Notes under the pieces: model-generated
Told to the model about the DNA's origin: nothing
What the model saw: the letters and a program-made list of their open reading frames with translations, nothing else
The model's database searches: none
Shown: piece after piece, positions 39,850-54,630 of the stretch
Layout of the letters: every line of letters begins with the position of its first letter
Position numbering within the stretch: the first letter of the stretch is position 1
Translations under genes and position numbers: made by a program
NCBI GenBank assembly: GCA_051294375.1
Contig: CM119264.1
Coordinates: 18,487,812-18,551,811 of the forward strand
DNA from: Paraspadella gotoi
Lineage: Eukaryota > Animalia > Chaetognatha
Direction: 5' to 3'
Length of the DNA stretch: 64,000 nucleotides

Positions 39850-41230
39850 ATCTCTTTGCGTGCTCCTTGTTTTCACTCGGTGGTTTTAACGAAACCTCTT
39901 TTCTATTTTTCACTCCCTCGTCGTATCCCGTGCTATTCTCTTCCGCGGGGCCTGCCCCTGTGCGACTGTCGGTCGTCGTCGTCGTCGTCGTCCGTCGGTT
40001 GAAAGAATAGCACAAAGAGGAAAAAATCAAGAACAAAGAAAAAATTGATGAAGAAGGAAACTAGAAAGGCGGAGACGAAGCCGGGAAAAAAAAGACTTGT
40101 ATTTGTATTTGTTGTGCGTTCAAGAATTGTGTGAAGCGTTTTAGTTTTTGTGTGTTGGCTTGGTCAGCACGATTTCTGCTGCGCTGAAAAACCTGCTTGG
40201 CCAATGGGCTGTGCCAAGAGATGCAAATCTTTACGTTTCGTATACTATGGGTCAGAAGATCCTACTTTTCTTTTTAATGTTTAATATTAACTATGTTTAT
40301 TAAGAATTTAAAAACCATGTGTTTTTTTGGGGTTTAAAAATAAAATTCGGTGTTCAAAAATGGGAGTATGAACGCCCGGATCAGTCACGGTACCCGGCGG
40401 GAAACATGAACCAGGCCGGCTCTAGTATTGGGTTAAATCAGAGCTTTTTTAGATTTGGACGAGGGTTTAGTTGTCAGTTCTCGGACTGCCATACTCGGGA
40501 GGTTCCGATTAAATTAGACTATTATTTAATGTAGTCTGTTGTCATTAGTTATGAATTATAAATACTGTGAGAACATTCTCTTGCTCCTGTCCGGTTTTCC
40601 TAGTTATGCGGCCCCAGTGGTTTCTGTTTTTGAACATTTTTCCGGAGGAGTACGTATGAGTCTCACGTTGGTTGTTTCGTCTCATTTTCCCTCGTCTCTC
40701 TCCTTCTCGTTCTCACCGTTCCGATCCCCTACTCGGTGGTTTAACTCTTTTCTTTTTTCACTCCCTCTCGGTATCGCTCATCTCTTCGCGGGCCGCCCTG
40801 TGACTGTCGTCGTCGTCGTCGTCGGGTGAAAAAAGCCAAAAGGAAAAACAAACAAAAAAAATGATGAAGAAGAAACTAAACGCGAAAGACGAGCGGAAAA
40901 AAAAAAAACTTGTATTTATTTTTGCGCTCAGAATTTGTGAAGGTTTTAGTTTCTTGTTTCGCTTTTCACGATTTCTGCGCTACTTTGGCCACTGAATCAT
41001 CTTTACGTTTCGTAACTGTCAAAATCTCTACTTTTTCTTTGTAATTTATTACTTTTTTAAAAACATTTTTTTGGGGTTTAATGGTTCAAATGATAAACGC
41101 CGATCACACCAAAACAACCCGCTCTTTATTTTTATCAACTTTTTATTGGGTTTATTTCATTCTCACCACGTTCTTAATTAGACAATTATTAATAAAGTCG
41201 TTTCTTATAATTATCAAATCTGTAATCTTC
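39850..41230. repeat. Short noisy tandem duplicate (~39850-40560 vs ~40690-41230)
   Basis: The same motifs recur in order (ggtggttttaac, tgtcgtcgtcgtcg, gatgaagaag, ctttacgtttcgta); one copy is insertion-rich, the other deletion-rich. Confidence 0.75.
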
Positions 41231-41681
41231 TTCACCGGCTTATCTATTCGCCCATTTCTTTTTTGACTTTTCCAAGTTATGTCTCACGTTGTTTTCCTCA
41301 TTTTCCCTCTCTCTCTCCTTCTCGTTCTCCATCTCCCTCCCTCCTTTTTCTTTTTCACCATCTTTCTCTTCCAACATCTCCTCCGCCTCTCCACCTCTCA
41401 ATCTCTCCATCCAACCATCACTTCTTTTCTTCAACTCAAATTACGATCTTTTCTCTTTCTTCNNNNNNNNNNNNNNNNNNNNNNNNNNNNNNNNNNNNNN
41501 NNNNNNNNNNNNNNNNNNNNNNNNNNNNNNNNNNNNNNNNNNNNNNNNNNNNNNNNNNNNNNNNNNNNNNNNNNNNNNNNNNNNNNNNNNNNNNNNNNNN
41601 NNNNNNNNNNNNNNNNNNNNNNNNNNNNNNNNNNNNNNNNNNNNNNNNNNNNNNNNNNNNNNNNNNNNNNNNNNNNNNNNN

Positions 41682-41713
<32 letters not shown>

Positions 41714-43734
41714 TCTTCCCCTCTCGGCGTTACTATTATTATCAATGTTGTATTGTCATTTTTGTAAAAATTCTTCTCTAAATCCACATTTTTGTGTATG
41801 TACGATATAATTTTAAAAATCATACTTTAAAAAAGTATTTTGTGCTTTTTTATTTACAAAATGATTTTTACAAGTTACTCAATTTGGTTTATTTCAGTTT
41901 TCCGATCGGTAATGTTTTCGCAAAACAAATTATCTCTCTCTCTCTCTCTCTCTNNNNNNNNNNNNNNNNNNNNNNNNNNNNNNNNNNNNNNNNNNNNNNN
42001 NNNNNNNNNNNNNNNNNNNNNNNNNNNNNNNNNNNNNNNNNNNNNNNNNNNNNNNNNNNNNNNNNNNNNNNNNNNNNNNNNNNNNNNNNNNNNNNNNNNN
42101 NNNNNNNNNNNNNNNNNNNNNNNNNNNNNNNNNNNNNNNNNNNNNNNNNNNNNNNNNNNNNNNNNNNNNNNNNNNNNNNNNNNNNNNNNNNNNNNNNNNN
42201 NNNNNNNNNNNNNNNNNNNNNNNNNNNNNNNNNNNNNNNNNNNNNNNNNNNNNNNNNNNNNNNNNNNNNNNNNNNNNNNNNNNNNNNNNNNNNNNNNNNN
42301 NNNNNNNNNNNNNNNNNNNNNNNNNNNNNNNNNNNNNNNNNNNNTTTTTTTTTTTCGTTCGGGCGAAAAAACAATGATTAGGGAGACCAAATTTTGTCGT
42401 ATAAACAAGCACCTATCGTTCGTTAACTGGAACAAGAATAANNNNNNNNNNTCTCTCTCTACGTCATCGTCGATATAATCGTCGTGTTGTTGTCTTTTGT
42501 TGTTAACTTTTTGAAGGCGAAATCGAGTCGAATTTTTCGTTCGAACGAATATCGTTGTCGAGAGACAGAAATCCTGTCAATTTGAAAAGACAAACTTTCG
42601 TCGAAGCAAAAAACAAATCACAACAAATAAGCAAGTGGATTTTAAAAACAACAACAATATCTAGTCACGTTTCAAACACGAAAAAGATTTATACTGCTTT
42701 TCGTTTGAGTCCAGGTTTTTTTTTTTAAATAAGTCTTCTGTCGGAGAAGATATCGTAACACCTGGTAATAAAGATTATCCCAAATGGTTGAGCTAATTAC
42801 GATTTAAAAATCGTTGGACAAAAGAAATACGACTCTGCCTGGCGAAGATCGACCGGGGATAATTTATACCGAAGCTGTCGGGAAGGGATAAACCGCAAAA
42901 CACAAAATCCAATCCTTTCCCCGAACCTCGAACCTCGAACCTCGAACCTCGAACCTCGAAATCTTTGCTTTTTTCTCCCCCGATTGTTTTTTTCTCGTCT
43001 CTTCTTAAATATTTCTTGCGTCTATTTTTCTTCAACACTTCAAAGCGAAAAGTAATTCTTGCAAGAACATTTTTTTAAAGTGTTTAAAGTTGGAGTTTTA
43101 ATAATCCGCATTATTTAATTGTATCTTGCGAGAAAGTTTTTCCGAAGTCCCACGATTTTGACGTACTATTTTCACCACTTCGTTTTGGCACTACTGCATG
43201 TATTGTAGATTCGGTCCTGGAACTTTCCTACTTCACCCTCGTCTTTACCGGCCCGGACCGGCCCTCGGTAAGTGGACTCCCTGTATTCGGTGGTTATCGT
43301 CCGAGAGTGGATTCTGTGGGTGGTGGTCGCGGCGATCGACTTGCGATAATAGATCGATTGCACGGTCGTAGTTGATCATTTCTCTCTCTTTCGTAATGAG
43401 TATAACCCATTCAATTATATCATGCGCAATGTTCTTTTGTCTGATCAAGGAGCAAGTGTCCCGTTAATCTGGCAAACGAACGCAGGTGACAAACAAAAAG
43501 TTTAAAGGTCAAAGAAGCGTTGGTGGGGGTAGAGGTGGTGAGGGAGAAACGATGGTGGTTGGCTCTGTCTTTTTAATGAGTTTTAGGAGGAATGAGAGCG
43601 AAAAGGGAGAGGGCCGAAGGGAAAGATCCAAAGTCTCGAGTTCGATGAAAAAGAATGAAAAATCCTCGGCTTCTAGTCTCATCGTTTTCTTCTAAACATC
43701 GACGAAGCTCGCCTTCCGATCCCCCGGCTGCCCT

Positions 43735-43844
<110 letters not shown>

Positions 43845-44820
43845 TGGAAAAACTTGGTCTCTCCTCTTGTTTTCTTAGCAGAATATTTTTTGTGTTCTAA
43901 TCTCTTCACAAAACCTAAATCAAGGTTCTCTCTCTCTCTCTCTCTGCGAGGGGAATTTTAGAAAATCAGAAAGGATACTCTCTGGCTTGCCCAGAAAAAA
44001 CTTCCCGGTTTGTTGCCAGAGTCAGAGGTAGAGAGAGATAGAGAGAGAGTGAGAGAGAGAGAGAATGAGAGGTGGGGACAAATGTCCTGTAAATACGCTA
44101 AATGTTTGTATTGCTTCAAAAACAAACTAAATAGATAAAACTTTAAAGAAAAAAAAACAATTTAGTGAAAATCGGACCAAAATATACGTAATTATAAACT
44201 ACGGAAAACTAAAGCTCGAGTGCACTTTTCTTTCCTTGCCTTCAGTTTTCTTGCGGATTTGTTATTAAAACAAACAAAGAATTCGCTTCTTCTCCATCTT
44301 AGTACAAAAAAAACCTTCGCTCTGCCTCTCGATCTCTCAAAAAGAAAAAGTTAAACATTTTTTTTAAAGCTTTTATTTAATTTTGTTTAATTTCCAAAGT
44401 TATTTTTGTTTTCGCTCGTTTCTTTTTCGGGGCCTCGCTCAAATCTCCCTCCTTTTTTTTTATTAAAGTTTTTTCTCCCTTGGTTACACCTTTCGTCATG
44501 GCACAAATCCACTCTTGCACATTTGTTTTCCATGGGGCGGATAAGGTTTCGAGTTTATAATGCTTCCGAGAAAATATTCGAACTCGTAAAAAGGGTCATT
44601 AAATCTGGAACTGCAGTCCATCATGACATCCTCATTCCTCAATCCTTCAACTCTTGCACTTGAAAGCAGTGAGTGGCTTTAAATTTACTTTCGCCGTTAT
44701 CTTCTCTAGTGTTGAAAATTTTAATTACTATCTCTGGGTCTGGAAATTGAGGTCAGTATCTACCAAGAGTATTTCTTTTTTTCGACTTCTTTTCCTGCCG
44801 ATTTCATTTACAATTACACT

Positions 44821-44885
<65 letters not shown>

Positions 44886-47800
44886 AATCCGGTCCAAGTT
44901 TTAACCTCATCCAATAATAAACAAAGCTCGGGATATCGCCTTTTTTTCCTCACTCTCACTCTAGTGATTATTAGGTGTTTTTCTGGCATACGTAAGTGGT
45001 TACGACTTGTAATAAAAAATTATTTGCGCTTATTTTGATGCCGAGTTTTCAAACAGTCAAAATGTTGCCAATTAAACGCCGATTTGAAAGTAATGGGACG
45101 GAGAATTGAAAAGTTTATTGGTTCTGGAGTTAACTTAATTGAGTATTGTCGGATTTGTCAGTGATTAACTTCGTATTTTAAACTCTGTGTATATTAAACA
45201 TTTGTCATATGATTAAAATTATTTTTATTACCACATTATATTCTAATTTTTTTATTATTGAATTTACTAGACGGTTATTAAAGAAGATATACTAAATATT
45301 TAAATTTTACCATAACTTAATGTCCGAAAAAAACAATGGGGATACAAATCGTATATTCTCCCCTCAAAAGACAAATTGACGAACAGTGAAAATAAAGCAT
45401 ATTTTCGAGAAAATCCGTTATTTTATAATTTCCATTCAATTCAAAGTCTCAGGCACTCAATGCTTTAGTTTTTAAAATTGCTGGATCTGATGTCTAAATA
45501 ACATATATTTCTAAGATTAATTTGTTAGTAAAATATGGTCAATTCAATCGGAAAGGATTTCATAAAAAGACCCTAATTGTGGACAGGGGCGACCTCGCTA
45601 CGCAGCGACGCAGCGACGCAGCGACGCAGCGACCCTTTTTTCATTCATTCAATTATCTCCATTTTCACGATTTTTACGGAAAACGAAAGGATTTATTTTT
45701 TCGTGAGTTTTCGGTGGAGTAAAAAAAAGATCTTCTGCCTTCACTGGAGCCGAGCTCGCCGTGATAGTCGGGCTGGACAGGCTCGAAGGCTTGCATGAGC
45801 TGGACAGGCTCGCTGGGTTGAAGGAGAATCACAGTTGGGGCTTGGGGGAGCTGGGCACGAGTTCTTAGGTGGTCAATCGGTTTTAATAGGTTAGCTGTCG
45901 CGAGGTGTAGATATGACAAATCGAAAGTGAGATTACGGATATTTGTCGCCCACCAACAGCTTTACTCTCATAAGTCCTTTGAATCTCAGCCTTCCTGTTT
46001 TAAAATCTATTTTATTTCAACCACTTATGTTTTTAATCAGACTTCTTTTTTTCTTTGGAGATGGGCAACTCTTTTTTTTACGAAGTAACAATTTTCCTCT
46101 TTAATTTACTTTTTTTAAATTTCTTTGCAAAGCCTCGTAAAATATTTACCGGCGGACGGCGGGCGGCTTGATTTGTTGCTCCCTAATTCGGTTTTTTTTT
46201 TCTCGTCTTTTTAAATCCTTTTGATTCGAGTTTGGAAAGGCGCTTGGTCTCGATCTATTATAAGCTGAGATCGAAAGGGGAATTTTCACCTCGACTCAAA
46301 ATGTTCTCTTTTTTTTCAACTGGGTACTTTATATTTACTGAACATGAATATTTATCTTTAGGTCGCTGATTTTTTTGTTTCAAACATTTACGTTAAAGCG
46401 AATTCAAAACGTATCGTTAAATCCTATTGGTTTCTTTTCCCCAAACCGTGGAGGAAAAAGAAAATTTCGTTTCGACTTTGCTCTTTATCACCTCAGCAAA
46501 TCCCCGGATTTAGTCGCTTTTCCTTTTTGAGCAAATCGCGGGTTTCGTTCTTTACCTCGTGTGTTGCAATTTTGTTTTTCGTCGATATTAAATCGGGTTC
46601 TTTACTGTTGTTTATTTATATTAATGCGCCTCTTAGTCTTACAAAAACAATGAAAAGAGAGCAACCACGAAAATATCGGCAACGGTACAACAGAGCGAGT
46701 TCAACAGCGCCTCCACCGGTGAGTGAGTTTATGAGTGAGTTTTTAACCTTGGCCTCTTTATTGCCCTTCCAAATCGACCTTGCGGTGGAAAATGATTTCG
46801 GGCAATTTTCTCTTTCTTCTCTCTGTGAATGCGAAGGAAGTTGAAGGCGAGATTCCATTCCCCCTTTTACGCTGGATCAAATTATTTGCTGACTCCGATC
46901 CATGATTCTTTTTTCCGTTACGCCACCCACCTTCTTCTTTACTACTTCTCTCCCTTATTATATTTTTCCCTTCATTCCCCGAATTCCCTTTATTCCTCAC
47001 TCCCCTCATCCTTAATTTTTAACTTCAAAGTTCCTTTTCTTTTCAACTTTAATCTTATCTCCTTTCCTTTTTCCTTCCCTTGTAAATTCTCAATTTTTTT
47101 TCTTTCTTCTTACTAATATTTAGTTTTCATTTCTTCTTTTCATCTCTCTTTAGTTTACTCATTCCTTCCCCTTCTTCTCCCCAAGTTTCACTATCTTTCA
47201 TCCGCCTCCACAACAAATCGCTACAACAGTCAACAAAAGGCTCTCACGCTCACACTCAAACGTCGAGCACACTCCCCCGCTCCCGATTCACATCTGAGGA
47301 GACGAGAGAGAGAAGAGACGAAGACGAGAGAGGAAACGAAGAGAGAGAGAGAGATCGATGAAGAAAATTCTGACGCTTCTTACGCGCAGAGCGACCGCCC
47401 TCATAATTCGCGCGGAGGAAACGATTTTGTGACGCCGACATTCTTGTGACGTCATCGAATAGCAAGAAGTCGTATTAAGAGATGAAGGAGGAGAGAGAGA
47501 GAGAGAAACAGAATAAAAAATATTACAAAAAATAATTCTCATTCTTTCATTGAACTTTGAGCAAACTGCAAGCTGACCACGGAGCGGTGACTCGCCACCG
47601 AAGCCGCCGTAAAATTTGGGCGCCGAGGGAAATGAAAGCGGAAATAGGGAATATGGCCGCACTCGAGGCGACCCTCGTTTCGGCCACTAAAATCAACATT
47701 CGTCGTAACATTTTGAATTAAAAAAAAAATCATCTGCGTGAAATCTTTTTAACTGTCAAATTGTCTCTTTTATTTAAGAAAGAAAAGCGTGAAGTTGAAG

Positions 47801-47947
47801 GCCGCGTTTATGACGTGATCTCTGTGAAATTGTGAAACATCTTAACTGCGGGTGCAAATAGAAGGGTCTCACTGACACCCGAGACTTTACGAAGCTACGT
47901 CGTTAATCGTTTCAATTCAAAATTTTTTTATCTTCCATGCGAAAAAA

Positions 47948-48048
<101 letters not shown>

Positions 48049-49154
48049 CTTGATTCCAATCGATGCATCTATCAGAGTTTTTCATCTCGAGTTCCATTTG
48101 TCTGATCAACAATCAATCACTCCACGCCCGATGGCTGAGATGGTGGGGCGGTCGGGCGGCGAGGGTAAAAGCGGGCTTCGGGATGGGGTGCCCCTTTGGG
48201 ACGCGAAGATTTGGAAAGAAGCGGTGGAGAAACGAAGCAGCGGCGCAGCGAAACGGTGGCGGCGGCGGCGGCGGCGGCGGCTGCAACAGCGTTTCCCAGT
48301 TGTTCTCCTTTTTGCATCAACGGAGATCCGGATTCGATAAAATCGACGGGCGGTTTTTCTTCCGGTCGAAAACCGTGATGCACTTTCCCTCCTTTCCTGA
48401 CCTCCACCGCTGGCTCCAGTCGCTTCTCTTCCTCGTCGCGCCATCTCCCACTCCTCACCCTTCAAAACTCTTCAGGCCTTTCCACTCACCGGTCTCCCCT
48501 TTTCTTCTGTTATCCTTCTCCCGAATGAATGTTTTAGAAACCTCTATTGTCGCCGCTAATCTATATCCTTCTTTACACTAAATCTCTCCATTGGACCGTG
48601 TTACTATTTGACCTTATTTTCTTTCTTAGGGAAATGTTTTAATACATATTTCTCTTCGCCCTGTCTCTTGGTTAATCTCGTCCTGACCAACCATCCAATT
48701 TTGAAAGAACTGCAGTGCATTCCAATCTGTCAATTTTCATTCAATTTCTTTTTGAGTATCGATCGCGATTCTTCAGTTCCCTTCCTCTCTTTTAAGTCAA
48801 CCCTTTCGCTCTCGTCAAATCCCCTCCCTCCCCTCCCCTCATCTTCCCCTTATCCCCGACCCCGCCCCTGCTCTCCCCTCCTTCTCGGCTTCCGTGCCGC
48901 GAGCACCGAGGGCCAAAAAATGATGCTCTCTCGCTCCTTTTGCTTTTTCCAGACGCTGACGGATTTTCCGTTTTAGCGGACGAAAACATTCTTCGGTTTT
49001 ACTATTTGATTCCTTCCTGTCTTTTTTCTTGTCGTTACGCCACGCCACCGCCTGAGGCGAAGCCCACCGACGTGAACGACGACGACGACGACAACGTAGA
49101 CGACGACGAGCGATGAACGTCGACGAAATCCTGGCCCATGGCAGAAGAGAGACG

Positions 49155-49320
49155 CACGTGGCGTTTCTACGAGGCGCAGAGGCGAAAAAATGGTGTTGGC
49201 TCCTCCGCCGTATAATGTTTGGAGTTTTAAAAGATGCAGCTGCCGATTATTGGTGGAAGGCGATCCGGAGCGGCGGATCGACCAATCGGGAAACGGATTT
49301 TACTTGCGACGACCAATCGG
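49155..49320 (+). promoter_or_regulatory. Candidate promoter: E-box plus CCAAT boxes at 31-bp spacing, ~3 kb upstream of the CSRNP coding region
   Basis: CACGTG at 49155-60; ATTGG at 49249-53; GACCAATCGG twice, with CCAAT at 49282 and 49313. Confidence 0.45.
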
Positions 49321-50496
49321 AGAAGGATCGAAGCTTTCGTCGTCGCGTCGGAATGCCGCGGTTTAATAAAAGACGAGAAGACGAAGATGAAAGGAGAGAG
49401 GCGAGAAAGAGAGGAGAAAGAGGGAGGAAAGAAGAGAGAGAGAGAGAGAGGGAGGAGAGGAGAAGGGAGAGAGAGATGACGAACTGGGAGAAGAGAGAGA
49501 AAGAAGGAGAGAGAGAGAAGACAGAGAGGACTGACGAGAGAGGGCGAGAGAGAGAGAGGGAGAGGAGAGGAGGAAGAGGAGGAACGGAGGAAGAGGAAGA
49601 AGATGAAGAGACGGAGACGGATCGAGCCTTGACAGGGAACGCAGCGCTCCGAGGCCCATCGCCTTCGCTTCCCCCTTTCCGCAGCTAATCTCAAGATGAC
49701 AGAGCGGTCGGAGCTCTGTGCTGAAAAAATGCCACCTCCGAGAGTAGGAGAGAATGGAGAGATAAAAGAATCAAAAAAAGATCGTTTATTATGAGATAGA
49801 GAGAAGAAGAGAGAGAGAGAGAGAGAGAGACGAGAGAGGAGACGAGAGAGAGAGAGAGAGAGAGATGTGGATCAAAGTAGATGAATTTCGTTTTTAGAAT
49901 GTATAAAATGTTATTTATTTGTTTTTTTAGTTTAAATAATTATAATCTACGTACAATCTTCTATATAGTATTTGATCTCCTCTGGCTTTCGACTGCTTAC
50001 GCAATTCTCCCCGTCCTCTGACCAAGATTTCCGGCCAAATTGAGAGAATCCCGCGCGCCGAGGATTCGCATCGCCGCCGTCCTCTGAGATGCCACGACGC
50101 GCGTTTTGGTTGGCGTTATGCGAAAATTGAAGACCACAACCTATCACTTCATCAGGAAGAGAGAGAGAGAGGAGAAGAGAGGAGAGAGGATAGAGAGAGG
50201 AGGAGAGGAGAGAGAGAGAGAAGAGAAGAGAAAGAGAGGAGAGAGAGACTGCTGAGAGAGGACGGAGACTGCACAAGACTCCTCGGTACGGCACTCAGCG
50301 TCGTCGATGGAGAAGAGTTGACGTCATCCTCTCTGTTTNNNNNNNNNNNNNNNNNNNNNNNNNGTTACAATCCAATCACCAGAACAGACGCTAAATGGTC
50401 ATGAGCGTCTAAAGTGAAGAAGCGAAGATGGGCGAGACCGAGAGGAGAGAGAGACGGAGAAGGAGACGAGAGAAGGAAGAGGAGCGAGAGAGGGAG

Positions 50497-50531
<35 letters not shown>

Positions 50532-50639
50532 AGAGGATGGGAGATGAGAGAGGGGAGGGGAAGGAGTCCCGAAGTGCGGACAGGAACGAATGACTGGGAC
50601 GAAGAGAGATGGCTGAGAGAAGAGGAGAGAGATGTGAGG

Positions 50640-50676
<37 letters not shown>

Positions 50677-51046
50677 AAAAGCGAATCCGCATTGATTAGC
50701 TATGATTAAGAACTTCCATAATCTTCTTTAACTGGTTTCCACTATGTAATCAACACGCTTTATTCTCACTTTATCAATTGATGAAAAAATAAATCTATAA
50801 ATAAAAACTATTCGACAAACATCGACACGCAAACCTCTAATACTCGGGGGAGGGGGTGGATTACGACGTATAAACGACGAAGATAAAAACGACGACGCCG
50901 ACGACGATGACGACGACGCGCGACCCTAAGACTCGCATCGTAAGAATCTTTCAAAGGATTCGTCTTTCGCGATTTCGTTCCACGCCTTGGACTTGGTTTC
51001 ATGCTCGCGTTGTTTGCAATTCATTTCTCGGAAACGGCACCGACGC

Positions 51047-51077
<31 letters not shown>

Positions 51078-51836
51078 GACGCCGCCGCCGGCGAAGCGGT
51101 CGACGACGACGACAACGACGACGATTACTCCTCGAGGATACGACGCGCGAGGACTCATGAACCTCCTCGTCGATTAATTCTGCCTCCGAGACGATTTTCT
51201 GCCTTCGATTCGTCCTCCTCTCTTTTTTTTCCTCAAACGTTTGCGGCTTTGGAAATTAGAATACAAAAGAAACAACAACAACAACAACGAAATTCGTGGA
51301 AAATCTGCAATGGAATTTCTATACAATACAAGTCGCGGATATAAAAGCGTTTAAATGAAACGAAACCGTCGAAGTTTTTGTTTTTATTTTCGCGAACGTA
51401 TTTGTTTTTCTTTGTTAGATTTATTTCCGCTCTCTCTCTTTCTGTTCTCTTGCAACCTAGCTCTTTAGCTCGCGAAGCTTTAAATCACTCATTACGACTT
51501 AAAATCATCAATGAAACTTTCATGACGTGAGAGAACGAGAGTGGGTCCGAAAGGAAGGGATGGAGGGAAGTAAGAAGGGAAAGAGAGAAGGAGAGAACAA
51601 AAGAGAGGAAGAGTGTGAGAGAGAGAGAGAGAGAGAGGAATGTGTTGTGCCCGAAAATTATTTTAGACTACCCGATGTAAAGGATGGAGAAATCCCTAGA
51701 CTTTGAGAGTCATTTAACCGAAAGGGGAAGAAGCCTGAGGCTCAGGAGAGACGACAGCAGCAGCGGCAGCTTCAGCGGCCTCGTCGGCTGCTGTCTCGAA
51801 GCTGCAAAGGCATTGGCACCGTTGCATTTTCCAGAA

Positions 51837-51942
<106 letters not shown>

Positions 51943-52433
51943 TTTGATTGTGTAGACGTTTGCCTCAAGAAAGTCTCGGCCGCGTCGCGACACCAGGTAT
52001 GGGCCCGTGGACACGGAGGAGGAGGAGCGGGAGGAGGAGCAACGCGGACCTTCTATGAGGAGAGGAAGAGCGCCAGAAATCTCATCAGATGGTGGCTTAT
52101 TTGGTGCTTTTGCGTGTGTGTTTGGTAACCGATATATAAGAGAAAGGGACGACCGTGGTGAACAAGGAGGAAAAGAAGGAGAAGGAGAAGAAGAGGAAGA
52201 AGAAAGAGAAGGAGAAAAAGAAGAAGAAGAAGGAGAAGAGATTGAATATAAAGGCTCTGTCTCCCTTTTTCCGTTTTCTGTGTCTCATTCTTTCGCCCGC
52301 GAGCGAATTTCGGATCCGCTTTTCGATTCTGGCGAGAAAAATAAAAAAATATCGTCGTCAATTCGATTTCTTGTTTAGATTTTCGAAAAAACCTCATTCT
52401 AATCTCTTCTTTTTTTTTCTCGTTTTTCCTCAG

Positions 52434-54519
52434 ACTTGAAATGAGCCAATAATTCAAAAGGCAATATGGAGTCCGATAAGATGGACTCGACCGAAGGACG
52501 CCTAGAGATGGGACGACCTCAGACGTCCCCGCATCCGTCTTCGCTACATCAACCGCAGTTGGAGCGTCGACCGCAATCACAACAACAAAACCAACAACGA
52601 AAAGTTCCTCGGGAGGACGAGGAAAAAGTTTTTGTGACAAAACGTCGAAGGATGGATTCCGCGTCGGATCTTGACGGAGAAGTTGCGTCCCTGGATTACG
52701 AGAAAACGGAATTGACGTCAAGAAATGACGTCGAAGACGAAGATTTTTCGAGAGATGACGATCGATGGAAAAACCAACAGGTGATGACGCGGAAGGGGCC
52801 GACGTCACGGATTCGGATTACGTAGGCGTGGAAATAAATTCAGTGACGTCACCAAACTTAGAGTCAAATCCGCACGAGACGCCGCGAGTGGAGTCAAGAT
52901 CAGAAAACTTGGAAGGGAAATCTGTAAACTCAGGAGCGGAATCGAAAAAACTTGGAAGCGGAAACTGAGGATTCGGAAGCGGAAAAAAGAACAGAATTCG
53001 TCCGCCCACGCAAACGCAATGGAAACGACAATCGAATCCAAGTTGACGATCGACGCCGATGTCAACGCTCAGTCCTACGTCAACGCCCACGACGATCACG
53101 GCATAGATGACGATGACGACGCGACGAACGATAATGACAAATCATTCTGTGATGACATTTCTCGTCAAAACCGTGATAACGACGAGATCAGGACTAATGT
53201 AACGACGGGAGAATCGAACGACGACGAAGAGGAAAGCCAAAGACATGGAGGGGCGATGTCACCGATGAAGTCAACAGGATTGAACCCGAAGTCGTGCCCG
53301 CCGAGTCTTACAAGGTAAACAATCTTTATTTCATTCCCAATTTCAACGAAATATTTTTGGTTGTAAGCCTCGAAGGAAAGTTTCATAGTTTTTAAAAAAA
53401 TACAAGTGTGATAACTTTTCCCATAAAATCAATAAGAAAATGGAACCTTTCTCCCCGACTTCGCAGATCGCGTCGTTGACAAAGCGGAACCCGAGGATGG
53501 AATCGAACAATCTGATCCGGAAACCAGCGTGATCCAGAAACCGCATTTAGGATGTACAAATATGAACGCCGTATCTGAAAAAAGTGGAAACGGCGAAAGT
53601 TATGATCACAACGACGGATTCGAAGCAAAAACAGAAGATAAAATTGACATCGAAATCGAAAATGTCGGAGGCGACAGCGAAAAACTTGCTCATCAATTGA
53701 CCCATGACAACGACGATGCCAAAGAAGAAATTAACGACGAAGTTGACGAAATCAACGACGACGTGAAAGACGAAGTCGACGAGGAAATCAGCGAGCGAGT
53801 CAGCGATGAAGTCAAAGAACCATCAACCGGTGAAAACGACGATGATCCCGTCAATTCGGCCGCGGACGCTTTCGCTCTCGACGTCGCAGACCGCGCCTCT
53901 TACGGCGAGATTTCCAATCCGGAATACATCGATTTCGACGAGGCCATCCAGAGTCGCGTCCTGAAGGAAGTCTCCGTCACCGAAGGAGCCGCTTCGTCCG
54001 AGGAGAATCTCGAAGCTTCGGATCCAGAGGCGCTCGAGAGAGTCGACGTCGACGAGTCGCTCGACCGCGAGGGGACGCGGAGTATTGAGGCAGACGACGG
54101 CGCCGCTATTGGCGTAGCCGTTGACGACGAAGCGGGCACCAATGACGCAAGCAAAGACGATGACAACGACGACGACTACGTTGAAAGCGAAGGTGAGATT
54201 ATTTTCTCTAAAATATTTAACGACATTCCTTGTTTTTCTTTTCTTTTTATTTTCTTTTTCTTTTCTTTTTCTTTTCTTTTTCTTTTTCTTTTCTTTTTCT
54301 TTTCTTTTTCTTTTCTTTTTCTTTTCTTTTTCCTTTTTTTCCCTTTTTCTTTTCATCGTTTCTCGCCCCTTATCAGGTGTGGAGGAATCCGAAGAGGACA
54401 GCGAACCCGAGGAAAATCCCAGCGAAGAGGAAATGGAGGAAGGAAATCGGGAAGAAGGAGAGGAAGAGGAAGAAATGGAGGAAGGGGAACAGGAAGCCTC
54501 TCGGAGGAAGACGAGAAAG
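52434..54519 (+). CDS. CSRNP: CSRNP gene, N-terminal acidic low-complexity exons (52434-53314, 53467-54192, 54377-54519); needs several frameshift corrections
   Basis: Polypyrimidine-CAG acceptors at 52433, 53466 and 54376; GT donors at 53315, 54193 and 54520. The D/E-rich reading hops between ORFs 52466, 52765, 53019 and 53529. A possible 5'UTR exon has its donor at 51997. Confidence 0.6.
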
Positions 54520-54630
54520 GTAGGTCCAATTTTGAATATTAATGGAAAAGTTTAGAAGCTTCACATTGCCGTAGTCATTACTCATTAGTCAAACAATCTT
54601 CACTTATCTTTATCACTTTCTCAGTTTCAG

